Source: Eledone cirrhosa
Lineage: Eukaryota
Assembly (NCBI GenBank): GCA_964016885.1
Contig: OZ024741.1
Location: forward strand, 327,918,001 to 327,982,000
DNA length: 64,000 bases
Reading direction: 5' to 3'
The position numbers and the translations under genes are program-made. A model generated the notes under the pieces. It worked only from the letters and a program-made list of their open reading frames with translations. It was not told the origin of the DNA and did no database searches. The first letter of the stretch is position 1, and every line of letters begins with the position of its first letter. Below, piece by piece: positions 30,979 to 45,100 of this stretch.

Positions 30979-31009
30979 ATAAAAGAAAATTTCGCTCTAC
31001 ATGGCTGAA

Positions 31010-32026
31010 TACAATAAATGTAATCTGAGTTTTTTGAATATTAATAATTCTTTCTACTTTAGGCACAAGACCAGCAATTACCCAGTGCATTACTGGTACT
31101 TTATTTTATCGACCCCGTAAGGATGAAAAGCAAAGTCAACGTCGGCAGGATTTGAACTCAGATCGTAAAGGGACGTAACTATGCTGGAAAGCATGGCATC
31201 CGACTCTCTACCGATACTGCCAATCCAATATTAATAATAACATTCGATTCGTTTGCAATTTTGCAAACAAGCATCAGTTTTATAGACATGTCAGAAGAAT
31301 GAACACTTTATTCTTTCTCTTCTTTTGACAGGCGAACAGAATTTCAGACACTAATGTTTCTGGGGATAACCCTTCATCAGTATAGCTCACTGTTCACCTG
31401 CCAAACTCTCAGAGCTAGTGAAAATATATGCTATTTTCAAAAATACACAGTGACTGATCGGCCTGATTTGCATATTAGCAGACTGGCTGATAACTCAGAT
31501 CTGCATATTAGCAGATCCATTGATCAGCCGGATTTGCAAATCTGCAGACAGGTCAGTCAGTTTCCTGTATACGAGCGATAAATGGCCGGCTTTGCCAAAT
31601 TTAAATAAAAAAGAAAATTTCGCTCTACGTGGCTGGATACAATAAATGTAATCTGAGTTTTTTTAATATTAATAATTGTTTCTACTGATGAAGGGTGATA
31701 CCCAGAAATATTAGTGTCTGCAGTTCTGTTCACATGCCAACACAAGAGCAAGAATGAAGTGTTCATTCTACTGACATGACTATAAAATTGAGGCTTGTTT
31801 GCAAAATTGCAATCGAATCGAATGTTGATGGATTGGCAGTATCGGTAGAGGGTCGGACGCCATGCTTTGAAGCATAGAGTTACCTCCCTTTATGATCTGA
31901 GTTCAAATCCCGCCGGGGTTTAATGGGTCGATAAAATAAAGTACCAGTAATGCACTGGGGATGGCTGGCCTTGTGCCAAAAGTATAAAGAATTATTAATA
32001 TTCGAAAAACTCAGATTACATTTATT
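31010..32026. mobile_element. Fold-back element whose two arms each contain a SINE and an HHR (31342-31385 minus; 31682-31725 plus)
   Basis: 31010-31385 and 31683-32026 are imperfect reverse complements; CUGAUGA-A-GGG..CCC-A-GAAACA-UUAG-UGUC; related copy at 61682-61727 (minus) shows stem I ACUGUA/UGCAGU. Confidence 0.8.
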
Positions 32027-32046
32027 ATATATATATATAGAGAGAG

Positions 32047-34338
32047 AAGTTTATGAAATGGAAATGCGGGTATAAAGAATTTTTTAGGTAACAATTGTTT
32101 CTATAGCGTATGGGTTACCTATACCTCGCTATTTGAATAATATAAAAATATTATCATAAACCGAAGGTACACTGTAAGCAGACACACCATGTCTTCAGAC
32201 CTTTGTATTGGAATGATATGAAAATATTTTATACACTAGATAAAAGAGAAAGAAGGAGGTATGAAGAGAAGGGGAAGAGGGAACTGAGTAAGGGGGAGGG
32301 AGTCCTAGGATTTAAGACTGTCAGACTAGTAGAGATTGTAAGGAGAGAATGTGTTGGCAGCAGTTAGCTTAATGAGGCTTGTTAGGGTTGGCGGGGGAAG
32401 TAATTTCTTCTAGTGGTGTTGTTTGGACAAAATTTAGTTAAAGGGGTCAAAGAGGTATAGAGTTACAGACAAGTTATTGGGGCTATTATAGTAGCAGGCT
32501 ATTTCTAAAGGGGTCCAGAAAACAGTGTTTAGTACTATTATTATAGAAAGCCATATCTTGTGTATAAACATATAAAACAGAAATTTGCAAACGGTGGTGT
32601 AAAAAGGTAACATTATATGCATTTAAAAAAGAAAAAGTCGTTTTCAAACGATGGTTACAGTATAGTGAACGTTCAATTTTGCTGTTCAAAAGTTTGTTTA
32701 CCGACGTTAAAATGCAGTATATCTCCAAATTGCATAACTTGCAGAATCGATGATTTTGCTTATATGCAGGCGCAGCTGCAATAATTTGCCAATCAAGGGA
32801 GAATGCTTGATTGTTCCTCCGGAGCTGCCAGGCTTTATCGGCGAGGGTTGTTACGGAGCGCATTTTCTCGTGCCTGATCGAAGATCGATGTTGGTATAGG
32901 CGAGCTTTGAAAGAAGTTGCGGTACATCCGACGTAATACCATTTGTTGGGTCCGGAATTTATTGTACATCGGTAGACAATATTGCGTGCTAGGCACTGGT
33001 TATTCAGTGGGCACGTACCTGGTTTGGTGCAGTTACAATTATTCTTATGTTTTGCAGTAGAATCCTGGATAGTTTGGTGGGGTTGTAGTTGCGTGTTAGT
33101 GCGTTGTATGTTGCTATGCTGGTGCGCTGAGTCATTAGGGATGTACTTATTTAGTATTGCTGAGCTGAGTTTTTTAATTAGTTGTTCTATGTTAGGTGCA
33201 GTGGAGTATGAGAGTCTAATGGTGCGCGAGTTAAAGATGTTATAGTATTTATGTGAAGTTGTAAAGTGTTTATTGTACAGAATTTATGTGAAGTTGTAAA
33301 GTGTTTATTGTACAGAATTGTGAGATAATCTTAGTGCTAATAGAAGTATTGTACACGGGGTTATACCATATGTACTCTCTACGTCTGACTCTATTTGCTG
33401 GTTTGCACCTATTAGTATGCCTATTGATGTGTGTGTGTGGTGCAATACTAGTTCGAATATAGATGTGTTTTATTCATAGTACTTATGTGGTTATCGTCTA
33501 GATATTCTATTTTCTCGCAGTAACCAGCTTTTCTAAGTGCGTCATTATAATATTCAGCATGCTCGTTGAAGGTCTGCAAATTAGACGACAGTCGGGAGAT
33601 CCTTATGGATATATTTTTAGGGATAGATTTAATAATGGAATGGGGATGGTTCGATTTTACATTAGCGTACTTGAGATTTTCATTAAGTTTGTGAAATGGC
33701 TCTATATTACCGTTATTAAGGTTGAAGGTGACATCCAAGAAGTTGACCACCTTAAGATTGTGTTCGAAGGTAATATTAAGCCCTAGTTCTAAGAAAAGTT
33801 TCCTAATGTTTTTACGTCGCCTTTCTAGGTTTTGTTTGTTCATATTCTTGACTAATAGAAGTGTATCGTCGCGGTAAATTCCGCCGTGGAGGTCCGTAAA
33901 TTCGCTCTGGAGTCTGTGGGCTATATAGATCCCAACCAGATCCGTGACCTCCGCCGAATCATTAGAACCCATCGTAATGTAGAATTCCGAGGGTCTATCT
34001 CTGCGGACCCAATAACTATTTTCAAAGTGCACTACTGTGCGTCTAGCTTCAAGTATAATATTAATTTCCTCGTTTGTGAGGTCCAAGTTAGTCTTAGCGA
34101 AAGAGAGGGCCCTATGCAGGGTTTCGGGTGAAATAGAGGAATAGTATTCATCTATATCGAATTGAATAAAAGAAGATTTGTTTTTGTTCCTAATGTTATT
34201 GAACCATCTTATTGCCTGATGAGTATTACCCCATAATTTAATATCTACCTTAGCCTTAACTTGGGGGATAATACGATCTAATATGTACTTACTAATTCTA
34301 CCTATATCGGACTTTGAAGGACATATTAATCTAAGTTT
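32047..34338 (-). mobile_element. Inverted ~2.3-kb copy of the adjacent YRDD-type PLE
   Basis: Near-identical reverse complement of ~34720-36982; ORF pieces 33448..34086 and 32486..32863. Confidence 0.95.
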
Positions 34339-34339
34339 T

Positions 34340-37090
34340 AATATCTATTTTGGATTCTTTCGAACAGGACTTAATGAAAATGATAACCGGAATCAAATTT
34401 ACAAACGGAAGGAAAAACGAACTGCAACGAGATATTAAAACTCTACTCGACAACCTAAGGAATACCAAAGGAATTATCATAAAGGCAGACAAAACATCGA
34501 ATCTATACACCCTGGATGTAGAAACATATAATAATTTTATACGTAAGGAATTAAATAAGAAGTACAAAAAAACAAACGCAACTACACTAACCAACATTAA
34601 TAACGCAGCATGTGATATTGTTAAGAAACTGAAAATTGACGACAGAACGGTAGCCCTATCTCCAGCTACACCGACTTTTAATCTGAAGACCATAAGGATA
34701 ACTTCGAAACTAACCCTAAAATTAGATTAATATGTCCTTCAAAGTCCGATATATGTAAAATTAGTAAGTACATATTAGATCGTATTATCCCCCAAGTTAA
34801 GGCTAAGGTAGATATTAAATTATGGGGTAATACTCATCAGGCAATAAGATGGTTCAATAACATTAGGGACAAAAAAAATCTTCTTTTATTCAATTCGATA
34901 TAGATGAATACTATTCCTCTATTTCACCCGAAACCCTGCATAGGACCCTCTCTTTCGCTAAGACTAACTCGGACCTCACAAACGAGGAAATTAATATTAT
35001 ACTTGAAGCTAGACGCACAGTAGTGCACTTTGAAAATAGTTATTGGGTCCGCAGAGATAGACCCTCGGAATTCTACATTACGATGGGTTCTAATGATTCG
35101 GCGGAGGTCACGGATCTGGTTGGGATCTATATAGCCCACAGACTCCAGAGCGAATTTACGGACCTCCACGGCGGAATTTACCGCGACGATACACTTCTAT
35201 TAGTCAAGAATATGAACAAACAAAACCTAGAAAGGCGATGTAAAAACATTAGGAAACTTTTCTTAGAACTAGGGCTTAATATTACCTTCGAACACAATCT
35301 TAAGGTGATCAACTTATTGGATGTCACCTTCAACCTTAATAACGGTAATATAGAGCCATTTCACAAACTTAATGAAAATCTCAAGTACGTTAATGTAAAA
35401 TCGAACCATCCCCATTCCATTATTAAATCTATCCCTAAAAATATATCCATAAGGATCTCCCGACTGTCGTCTAATTTGCAGACCTTCAACGAACATGCTG
35501 AATATTATAATGACGCACTTAGAAAAGCTGGTTACTGCGAGAAAATAGAATATCTAGACGATAACCACATAAGTACTATGAATAAAACACATCTATATTC
35601 GAACTAGTATTGCACCACACACACACATCAATAGGCATACTAATAGGTGCAAACCAGCAAATAGAGTCAGACGTAGAGAGTACATATGGTATAACCCCGT
35701 GTACAATACTTCTATTAGCACTAAGATTATCTCACAATTCTGTACACTAATCAATAAACACTTTACAACTTCACATAAATACTATAACATCTTTAACTCG
35801 CGCACCATTAGACTCTCATACTCCACTGCACCTAACATAGAACAACTAATTAAAAAACTCAACTCAGCAATACTAAATAAGTACATCCCTAATGACTCAG
35901 CGCACCAGCATAGCAACATACAACGCACTAACACGCAACTACAACCCCACCAAACTATCCAGGATTCTACTGCAAAACATAAGAATAATTGTAACTGCAC
36001 CAAACCAGGTACGTGCCCACTGAATAACCAGTGCCTAGCACGCAATATTGTCTACCGATGTACAATAAATTCCGGACCCAACAAATGGTATTACGTCGGA
36101 TGTACCGCAACTTCTTTCAAAGCTCGCCTATACCAACATCGATCTTCGATCAGGCACGAGAAAATGCCCTCCGTAACAACCCTCGCCGATAAAGCCTGGC
36201 AGCTCCGGGGGAACAATCAAGCATTCTCCCTTGATTGACACATTATTGCAGCTGCGCCTGCATATAAGCAAAATCATCGATTCTGCAAGTTATGCAATTT
36301 GGAGATATACTGCATTTTAACGTCGGTAAACAAACTTTTGAACAGCAAAATTGAACGTTCACTATACTGTAACCATCGTTTGAAAACGACTTTTTCTTTT
36401 TTTAAATGCATATAATGTTACCTTTTTACACCACCGTTTGCAAATTTCTGTTTTATATGTTTATACACAAGATATGGCTTTCTATAATAATAGTACTAAA
36501 CACTGTTTTCTGGACCCCTTTAGAAATAGCCTGCTACTATAATAGCCCCAATAACTTGTCTGTAACTCTATACCTCTTTGACCCCTTTAACTAAATTTTG
36601 TCCGAACAACACCACTAGAAGAATTTACTTCCCCCGCCAACCCTAACACGCCTCATTAAGCTAACTGCTGCCAAAACATTCTCTCCTTACAATCTCTACT
36701 AGTCTGACAGTCTTAAATCCTAGGACTCCCTCCCCCTTACTCACTTCCCTCTTCCCCTTCTCTTCCTACCTCCTTAGTTCTCTTTTATCTAGTGTATAAA
36801 ATATTTTCATATCAATCCAATACAAAGGTCTGAAGACATGGTGTGTCTGCTTACAGTGTACCTTCGGTTTATGATAATATTTTTATATTATTCAAATAGC
36901 GAGGTATAGGTAACCCATACGCTATAGAAACAATTGTTACCTAATAAATTCTTTATACCCGCATTTCCATTTCATAAACTTCTTCTCCATATTTTCTCCG
37001 GATTTTAAAACTCACTTTATTATACGTTGAGCAATCTCTGACGTCCGTTGACTCCACCAATGCAACTACTTAGTAACATTGGAATATAAA
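34340..37090 (+). mobile_element. 5'-truncated YRDD-type PLE (probably Hydra clade), RT + GIY-YIG, frameshifted
   Basis: KADKTSNLY, MGSNDSAEVTDLVG, GGIYRDD, NHPHSIIKSIP, IVYRC...YYVGCT...FKARLYQH. Confidence 0.92.
36826..36942 (+). ncRNA. Type I hammerhead motif with an ~90-nt domain II (inverted copy at 32086-32202)
   Basis: AGGU-CUGAAGA-C-AUGGUGU...ACGCUAU-A-GAAAC-AAUU-GUU/ACCU, followed immediately by AAUAAA. Confidence 0.78.
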
Positions 37091-38198
37091 TTTACTAATT
37101 CTTATATATATATGTATATATATATATATATATAAACCAGCTCTGATTCGTAGTTGACCACCAGGCTAAAGTCTCCCAGGTTGGCCACAACTCACTTTCC
37201 CTATTTTTCCACTGTTACTCTTTTGAGTGTTTCTCTCACCTGTGTCTTCCCACGATGGGACCTGTACACTTTTTTTCTCCTATTCTTTTTCTATTTTTCC
37301 CCATTTTCCCTTCCCCCTTTCTCCCCCCCCCATGTTCTTCCTCTTTCCCTCTCTTTCCTTTTTTCACTCCTTTTTTCTGCCTTTTTTTTCCTCCCTTTCT
37401 CTCTCCATTTCCTCCTGACCTTTTGATTAATAAAAGGCCTCGGGTGCACCCGAACTACACAGATGTCCTGTAATTCAGCGCTGAAACATCGGATCGGAAA
37501 ATGTTTACAGCTGACGATGGAAACACCTTTCTTCCTTTCTCCTCTTGTTCCGTCCTAACCACCACCCTAAACCTTGTTTTTAGTAACCACACAGCTCCTT
37601 TCGTTTCATATCATTTTATATATACATATATAAGAAGGTGTGTAAGATACCAGGTGGACCATAACACACCAGTGTACTTGATACTTAGAGTAGTAGAGTG
37701 GGTATAGGAAAAGAGTCAGCATCCCGACGGCTGAGCTCTGGCCATCTCGACAGCTAGATCCGAACTGAATTCGGATGTACCTGTCGAAGCGGACGGAGCT
37801 CAGCCGTCGGAGTTCTGACTCTTTTCCTATATATATATATATATATATAAATGAATGCATACAAACACGCAATGTACAGTGGTCACTGGGCATGTTTTGA
37901 ATTTTAAACAAATGGATTGGAAAAAACAAGCCAGAAAACTTATTCGTTATTTAGGAGGTATAAATTACACTCATGATTGAATTTATTCCTTAAGATGAGA
38001 AATCAATCTTGTTCACCTATAATTTCATTTATTGGCTGCGGGTGATACCAATAATACATATATACCTGTGTAAATTTAATTTCGAGAGAACTGGGGCACA
38101 TCTAATTATTCAAATAACATTTTTTTTGCGCGTCATGCAGGCGAGATTTTAATTAAGTGTAATATACACGCACACACGCATAGACACTGCATCATATA

Positions 38199-38248
<50 letters not shown>

Positions 38249-38461
38249 ATGAAAGTGATATATATATATATGTGTATGAAAGTAATAGTGCTCCAAGTTT
38301 TACATAATATTGTTAACCAAGGTGAAAACGAATTTATAAACACCTAATAAAATTATTTTTATTTCCTCTCCCGAGTTAATAATTGATGTGTATATGATGT
38401 GTTTATGTAGAATTATATAACTATGCAGAGAAATACATACACACACACACACACACATACA

Positions 38462-38494
<33 letters not shown>

Positions 38495-38535
38495 GGGAGG
38501 AGGTTATAGTTCACTTGAAGCATTGTGTAATGAGG

Positions 38536-41517
38536 TATAAACGTTTGAATATGTGTAATAAGGCCAAAACAATGCAGGTATGGACATAGAAAAAAGAATG
38601 CAATAGTAAAAGATATTGTTGAGAATTTGTCTTTCACCTTGAATTTATTTAAATGTCCTTAATTTTCGAGATAATATCTCTTCTTCGGAGGGAAGTAAAG
38701 GTCTCAAACCAGCGTCTTAAATCTCCAGCCAAGCCATGCTGACCGGAAATAGTATAGAGTATCTGTTCTAACTCTAATATCAAAGAATTAAAATTAGGTG
38801 GATAAAGAGTAGTCTCCCTTTAAGAGGGGTTTGTTTAGGGTTATTTTTTATTTTTTTATTTTTTTTTTTATTTTATATACGTGCCTGTATATGTGTGTGG
38901 GAGAATGCATGAAGGTGTAGGTATGTGGGTGGGTGTGTGTGAGTGTGGGAAGAAAGGTCTAATCGTAAAAGTGGGGGGTAGGTGTTATCTGGTGTTAGAA
39001 CTGGTTTTGTGTGTGTATGTGTGAGAGAGAATAAGTGGAGGTGTAAGCGTGTGTGTGGGGTGTGTAAATATGGGGCTAAAGGCCCTATCAGGTTATAAAT
39101 TGGGTGTTGAGCTCTAGTCTATTATTGATTGGAGGATGTGTTTTATCTATAATAAGTGCTTCCTTAATTCTAAGATTGCCGAGGTTTTTTTTCCTTAGTT
39201 TCTATCCTAACTGTTATGTTTTTATCGGTGTTTTTGCATTTAACTAGGTGTTTCTTAAATGAGGAAGCGTTAGTATTGAGGTGTTCTTTTATTCTTATGT
39301 GGAGTGGTCTGGTGGTGCTACCTACGTAGAAGTTGTTGCATTTGTCACACTCTAGTCTGTATACTACGTAAGCCTGGTGGCATAGGTCTGTGTCGTTGAT
39401 GGGGCAGTTGGCTAGTCTGCAGCAGTTGTCATGTCTGGTGGAGTGTCTCTTGGCCAGCCGTCCGCGCAGAGAAGGACCCGAGTGGGCCAGTTGGATATCC
39501 AGTCCCTCTCGTCTGATGGCTCTGCGGATGGCTGTTGTTGTTTCTTCACTGAAGTGTGGGAGCTTCAGGAAGCAAGTGTTAGTGCCTCGGGTGTGGTGTC
39601 CTCTGTTCTTTCTGGCACGGTTTGTGGTGGATGTCATGTATCCGTTCAGTTTGAGTACTTCCAGGAAATGTGTGGTGTGTGTGTCTCGGTCTCTGGCGTC
39701 GGTGCATTTGTTCTTGATACGTGCCAGTTCGTTCTTTATGTATCCGAACTTGGCACCGAGTGGGAGGGCCGATCTGAAATGTACGAACAGGTCCCTGCTG
39801 GCGGATTTTTTATAGAAGCAGGTGTGGATGTTGCCTTCCTCTGTTACCCTGAGTTGGAAGTCCAGTAGGGATAGGGATCCGCGGTCATCGGGGTGTTCCA
39901 TGCTGAACTTTATACTGGCGTCCATGCTGGAGAATGTTGTGTATATTTTCTCTGCCTCCTCACGGGATGATGTAAGGATGAGTATGTCATCTACATATCG
40001 GGTGAAGAAGGCATGGGAATGGCAGGTGTTGAGGGCTCGGCATTCTAGCTGGTTCGTGTAGGTGATGGCCAGCAGGCCCGAAAGGCTGGATCCCATGGGT
40101 AATCCTGTTGTCTGTCTGTATGTGAGGTGGTGGAAGGTGAAGTACGTGTTGTCTACTGTGAAGGACAAAAGCTGGTGTATGTCCGTCGGGTGGAGGCCGT
40201 AGCAGTGGATGTTCTCTGCGACCACGCAGTCCGTCAATAAATCGACAGCTGGGTGAGCGGGGACTGTAGTGTAGAGGGAAACAACGTCGAGGCTAAAAGC
40301 GTATTTATTTAGTTTAAGTTGTTCTGGCTGGAGTTGGTGTAGTCTACGTATAACTTCGTCGGAGCTACTGACATGCCCGGGGAAGGTGGAGAGTAGAGGC
40401 TTGAGGACCTGGGAGAGAAGCCAGGAAATTTTGTATAGCGGTCCTTCTATGCTAGAGACGATGGGTCTTATTTGCGTCTTAGTGCTATTCTTGTGGGTCT
40501 TGATGAGGTGGTAGAAAGTGGGCAGTCTGCTATTTCTAGTGGTGTAGTTGAGCTTAACTTAATTCGGGAGTTGTCTTCTCCTACAGATATCGAACCAAAT
40601 GGAGTTGGTCTGTTTTTCGATGTGGGCTGCAGTCATGTCCGGGATCACTGTGTATAATTCACTGTCGCTTAGGTGTTCGAAGGCTAGGTTATTATATGTG
40701 GCTTGAGAGATGACGCAGAACTCTTTACCTTTGTCGGATGGTAAGTAAATAAGTTCCTTATTCTGTAGGCTCTTCAGGGCGAGTTGTTGTGTCCTGGAGA
40801 GGTTTGGGGCCAACTTCTTCTGTTTCCGTAAGATGTTAAATACGGAATGTTTTAGTCTCGAGAGTTTTTCTTCCAGCTCGCGGTTGGCGGGCGGTGGATA
40901 GAGTGGGCGATCTAGTTGGTATACCGGGAATCTGGGTGTGGTGGATTCCGTGGAGAGTCGATATCCATTTCAGTTGGTAGGCAGCCCGACAGAAATTCGT
41001 TTCTATGTCGAGCCATAGTCTGTCGTCCAGTCTCTGTTTCAATATGAACTTGGAACCCAGGCTGAGGAGGTCTAATTCCTCTCGGGAGAGGGATCCTGTC
41101 AAGTCTGTGACGAGGTGTTTTGCGTCTGGTGTGTTGTTGGTCGGGGTGCCGCTAGGTTCGGTGTTGGTAACGTATTGTTCGCCTCTGTTGGTGTTTAAAA
41201 AAATAAAAAAAAATAAAAACCCTAAACAAACCCCTCTTAAAGGGAGACTACTCTTTATCCACCTAATTTTAATTCTTTGATATTAGAGTTAGAACAGATA
41301 CTATATACTATTTCCGGTCAGCATGGCTTGGCTAGAGATTTAAGACGCTGTTTTGAGACCTTTACTTCCCTCCGAAGAAGAGATATTATCTCGAAAATTA
41401 AGGACATTTAAATAAATTCAAGGTGAAAGACAAATACTCAACAATATCTTTTACTATTGCATTCTTTTTTTTATGTCCATACCTGCATTGTTTTGGCCTT
41501 ATTACAAATATTCAAAC

Positions 41518-41524
<7 letters not shown>
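38536..41524 (-). mobile_element. Degenerate PLE (possibly Nematis-like) with ~330-bp inverted pLTRs (38536-38870 / 41196-41524)
   Basis: LPSDKGKEFCVI, GLPMGSSLSGLLA, RYVDD, VVYRLECDKC..FYVGST.RPLHIRIKEH; the terminal arms are reverse complements. Confidence 0.9.
41367..41404 (+). ncRNA. Possible U4C-variant minimal hammerhead in the pLTR (mirror at 38656-38694)
   Basis: CCU-CCGAAGA-A-GAGAU-AUU-AUCUC-GAAA-AU-UA/AGG, identical in both pLTRs. Confidence 0.45.
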
Positions 41525-41569
<45 letters not shown>

Positions 41570-41708
41570 CAAGTAAGTATGTTTTCAAACAGTGAACGAG
41601 TTTGAAATTAGAAAAAGAATAGCTTTCCCCGTATTTTTTACTAAAGATATTTTAGCCTGATAATGGGGTTTAGAACCCTCAGATAAATGGAAAAAGATGA
41701 GTATTGAC

Positions 41709-41752
<44 letters not shown>

Positions 41753-41804
41753 ATATATATATAAAGGTATACTATATTATTATGCAGACACATACACATA
41801 TATG

Positions 41805-41896
<92 letters not shown>

Positions 41897-42184
41897 CAAA
41901 TATAATTTCAGCGAGATCGCATTTCGGCTGTGGTCAAAAACAAAGCGAAACGCAATTTTCGAGATATGGGGCAAGCGCTCAATGGACTAAAAGAAGACCA
42001 GAGCAATTAACATACGTTATAGAGGCGAAATAACTGAAAACAGCGGTCATGAAGCTATTAGCCACCGGAGCCGAAAAAACGAAGCAAGCTAAACAGGTTA
42101 AAGAAAAGAATTTACTTGGACCTCCTGATATATATATATATATATATATAGATAGATAGATAGATATATAGATAGATAGATAGA

Positions 42185-45100
42185 TAGATTTCTTTATTAG
42201 CCACAGAGGCACAAAAGAAGGGGACAAATACAAAGGGGGAAGTTTACATACAATAAAAACGTGTAAAATGTTATCACAGATGGAATTTAAAAGTTAGTGG
42301 ATTTTCCCCAATAGAGGGAGACAGTTTATATGGGTAACACATACCCCCGAAAAAAAATGTGCAAGCCTCATCTCCAGGAGTACGAAGAGCTTGTACTCCT
42401 TTCCTCTCCTCCTCCTTTTCCTCAACCTACAGGCTGATATAGAGAGAAGGCCCATTCACTCGGGCCATTCTCGCCACTTTCACCCACCTTTCATAAAACT
42501 TGCTGGGGTACAGCACCTCTCTCTCCATCCTGATTCTTCTTCCAAAGTGGTATTTGAAAAAAAGAATCAGTTGTTGGCCGGAGAGAAAGGTGTCTGACCT
42601 CAGCCCTTTCAGCCTTGTCCACCATACAACCTCTTTCGCCATAGCTATCACACAAAGGAAAACCGCGTAGAGATGCCGCAGCCTGAGCGCGTGTTTGCGC
42701 ATCGTCAACCACGGCATCCCCAGCCCTCCGTTAGAAGGGTGTTGGCAGCAGATGGATCTTCTTACCAAAGGAGCCCGCCTCTTCCAAAGGAATCGGAAGA
42801 GGGCGCGCTCCATTTTGGCGAGCGTTTTGGCTGGACAAGGCACGACGGTCAAACGGTAGTAGATGGCGGACGCTATAAAAGTGTTCGCCACCTCCGCTCG
42901 ACCTTTCAAGGATAGTTTGCACTCGGCCCACTTCTGGGTGAGTGCAAACACCTTGGCCGTCACTTCGTTCCAGTTCTTCTCCACCTGGAGGTCCGGACCA
43001 AACCAGACCCCGAGCAGCTTTACCGGTCCTTCCGTCCAGCGTCCGACGACGCCATCGGAAGGCATCGGTCTGCCTCTCCACGATCCGAGTTGCAAACCGA
43101 TGGACTTGTCCCGGTTCAGCTTCGCTCCTGTGAGACTTTCGTATTCCTTTAGTAAGGTGCCGACTTCCTCGATTTGCGAGGCGCTCGACACCATTACTGT
43201 CACGTCGTCGGCGTAGGCCGACGCCGCTTTCCGCAGTCCCGGTTCCAGAGGGATGCCCTGCAATAGCTCCAGCTTCCGCAGTAGTGGCTCGAAAGTCAGT
43301 ACGTACAGAAGGGAGGAGAGAGCGCATCCCTGTCGAATGGATCGCGTAATATGGAACGGCTCCGAGAGGTAACCGTTCACCTTGACCCTTGAGCAGATGT
43401 TGCTGTTGTGCATTGCAGCAGTCCAGCCCCTGAACACGGGTCCGAAGCCTGCCGACTCGAGCACCGCATTCAGGTAACGATGGTCAACCCTATCGAAAGC
43501 CTTAGACTGATCCAAGTTGATCAGGGCCCCACCGAAGCCGGGTTTACACCCTACCCTCTCTATGATGTATCGCATGAGGTGGAGGTTATCGTGTATGGAC
43601 CTGGTCGGGATCGCGCATGTCTGCGCTTCTCCCACCAGGTTTTCGACGACAAGCGCCAGCCTCTTTGCCAACACCTTGGCCAAAATCTGTAACTCTGTGT
43701 TTAGCAGAGTTATGGGCCGGAAGTTGCCTATGTCATCCCCCTTATTCTCGTCCTTCCTGATTAGTGTGACCACGCCCCCGGTTACAGAACTGGAAATTCT
43801 CCCGTTCTGTTGCCAGTTGCAGTAGACCGCTTCCAGGAGACCGGAGAATAAGTCCGGCATTGCTACGTAAAATTCGTAGGGTAGACCGTCGAGACCTGGA
43901 GATTTGCGTTTGCCGCATTGGCTCAGCGCGTCCCCTATCTCAGTGGCTGAAATCGGCTTTTCGCAGAACTTCGCCTCACTGTCCGAGAGTCGCGGTAGGC
44001 CGTCGAGCTATGGACCGAAATCCATAGCCTCTCCCGGCGCGCCGCTCCCCCCGAACAGCCGAGCAAAGTGCCGCTGAAAAGCCGCACACATCTGCTTCGG
44101 CTCACGTATCACGTGTCCGTTTTGGTCCTTCAAAGACCGAATCGTGGACTTGTTACCACTTTTTGCCTCCGTCACTCGGGCCCAGGTAACAGCTTTGGCT
44201 CCCTCGTTTCCCAGAGCACGTATTTTGCTTCTGACAACGCAGCCCTCGTGCTTTGCGTCAAAGAACTGGTCCAAGGCCGTTCTCGTTGCTAGCACGCTGG
44301 CTACGTTGCCACTTCTAATTGCCTCTTCTACTTTATCTACCAGTTCCTTCACGGTTCTATTTCTATCTAACGCTAATTCTTTACTAAAAACTATCGAGTC
44401 TAATCTAACTGCCCTCTTGAGAGAGTACCACCATCTGTTGTTGACAATGGCCCCTGTCAAGTGCTGTTTAACTAAAGTGCTAATCCGTCTACTGTAGGCT
44501 TTGCTTGTCGGTAACGACAAGTTCAGCTTCCAGTAGCCGGGTCCTTGTCTATGGGTTCTATCAAGGTTGGCCATGCAGGTCACTAGTTTGTGATCTGAAT
44601 AGTCAACCATGAACATTTGTGGACAGCTTAACATGTCCCTATCCTTATTTGTAACTAGAACCCTATCTAGGTACGATCTAGATGTTCCGCTACGATTACT
44701 CCACGTCCACAGTGGCGCAGTCGGAAAATCTAGTCGATATCTATCGGCCAGGTCAAATCGGTCGATTAACTGTTTGAGGCTGTTACACCCTCCTTTTTCG
44801 GGACATGCTCCCACATAGTCCCAACGTGCATCTAGGATTCCATTCCAATCCCCCACTAAAAGCAAGGAGCGGGACGTTCCCAGAAAAGTCTCTAGACGTT
44901 TGAAGAAGTCTGGCCGCGGTGTCCCGGATGGGGCATATGCGGCCACCAGCCTGAAGGCTCCACCTTCACTACCGTCAACGTCTAGGACCACCAGTCGACC
45001 CTCCGGGTCCAGATGTACCGTCTGTGTTACGAGGCCCAGGTGTTTCCGCAGCAAAACGGCAACTCCGCCCCCACCTCCCGGTTGACAGAGAGATGCGTAG

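Noticed and set aside
41315-41360. GGUCAGCAUGG start resembling the HDV ribozyme 5' end
   Set aside because: No convincing P1 partner or nested P3/P1.1 pseudoknot could be built; coincidental.
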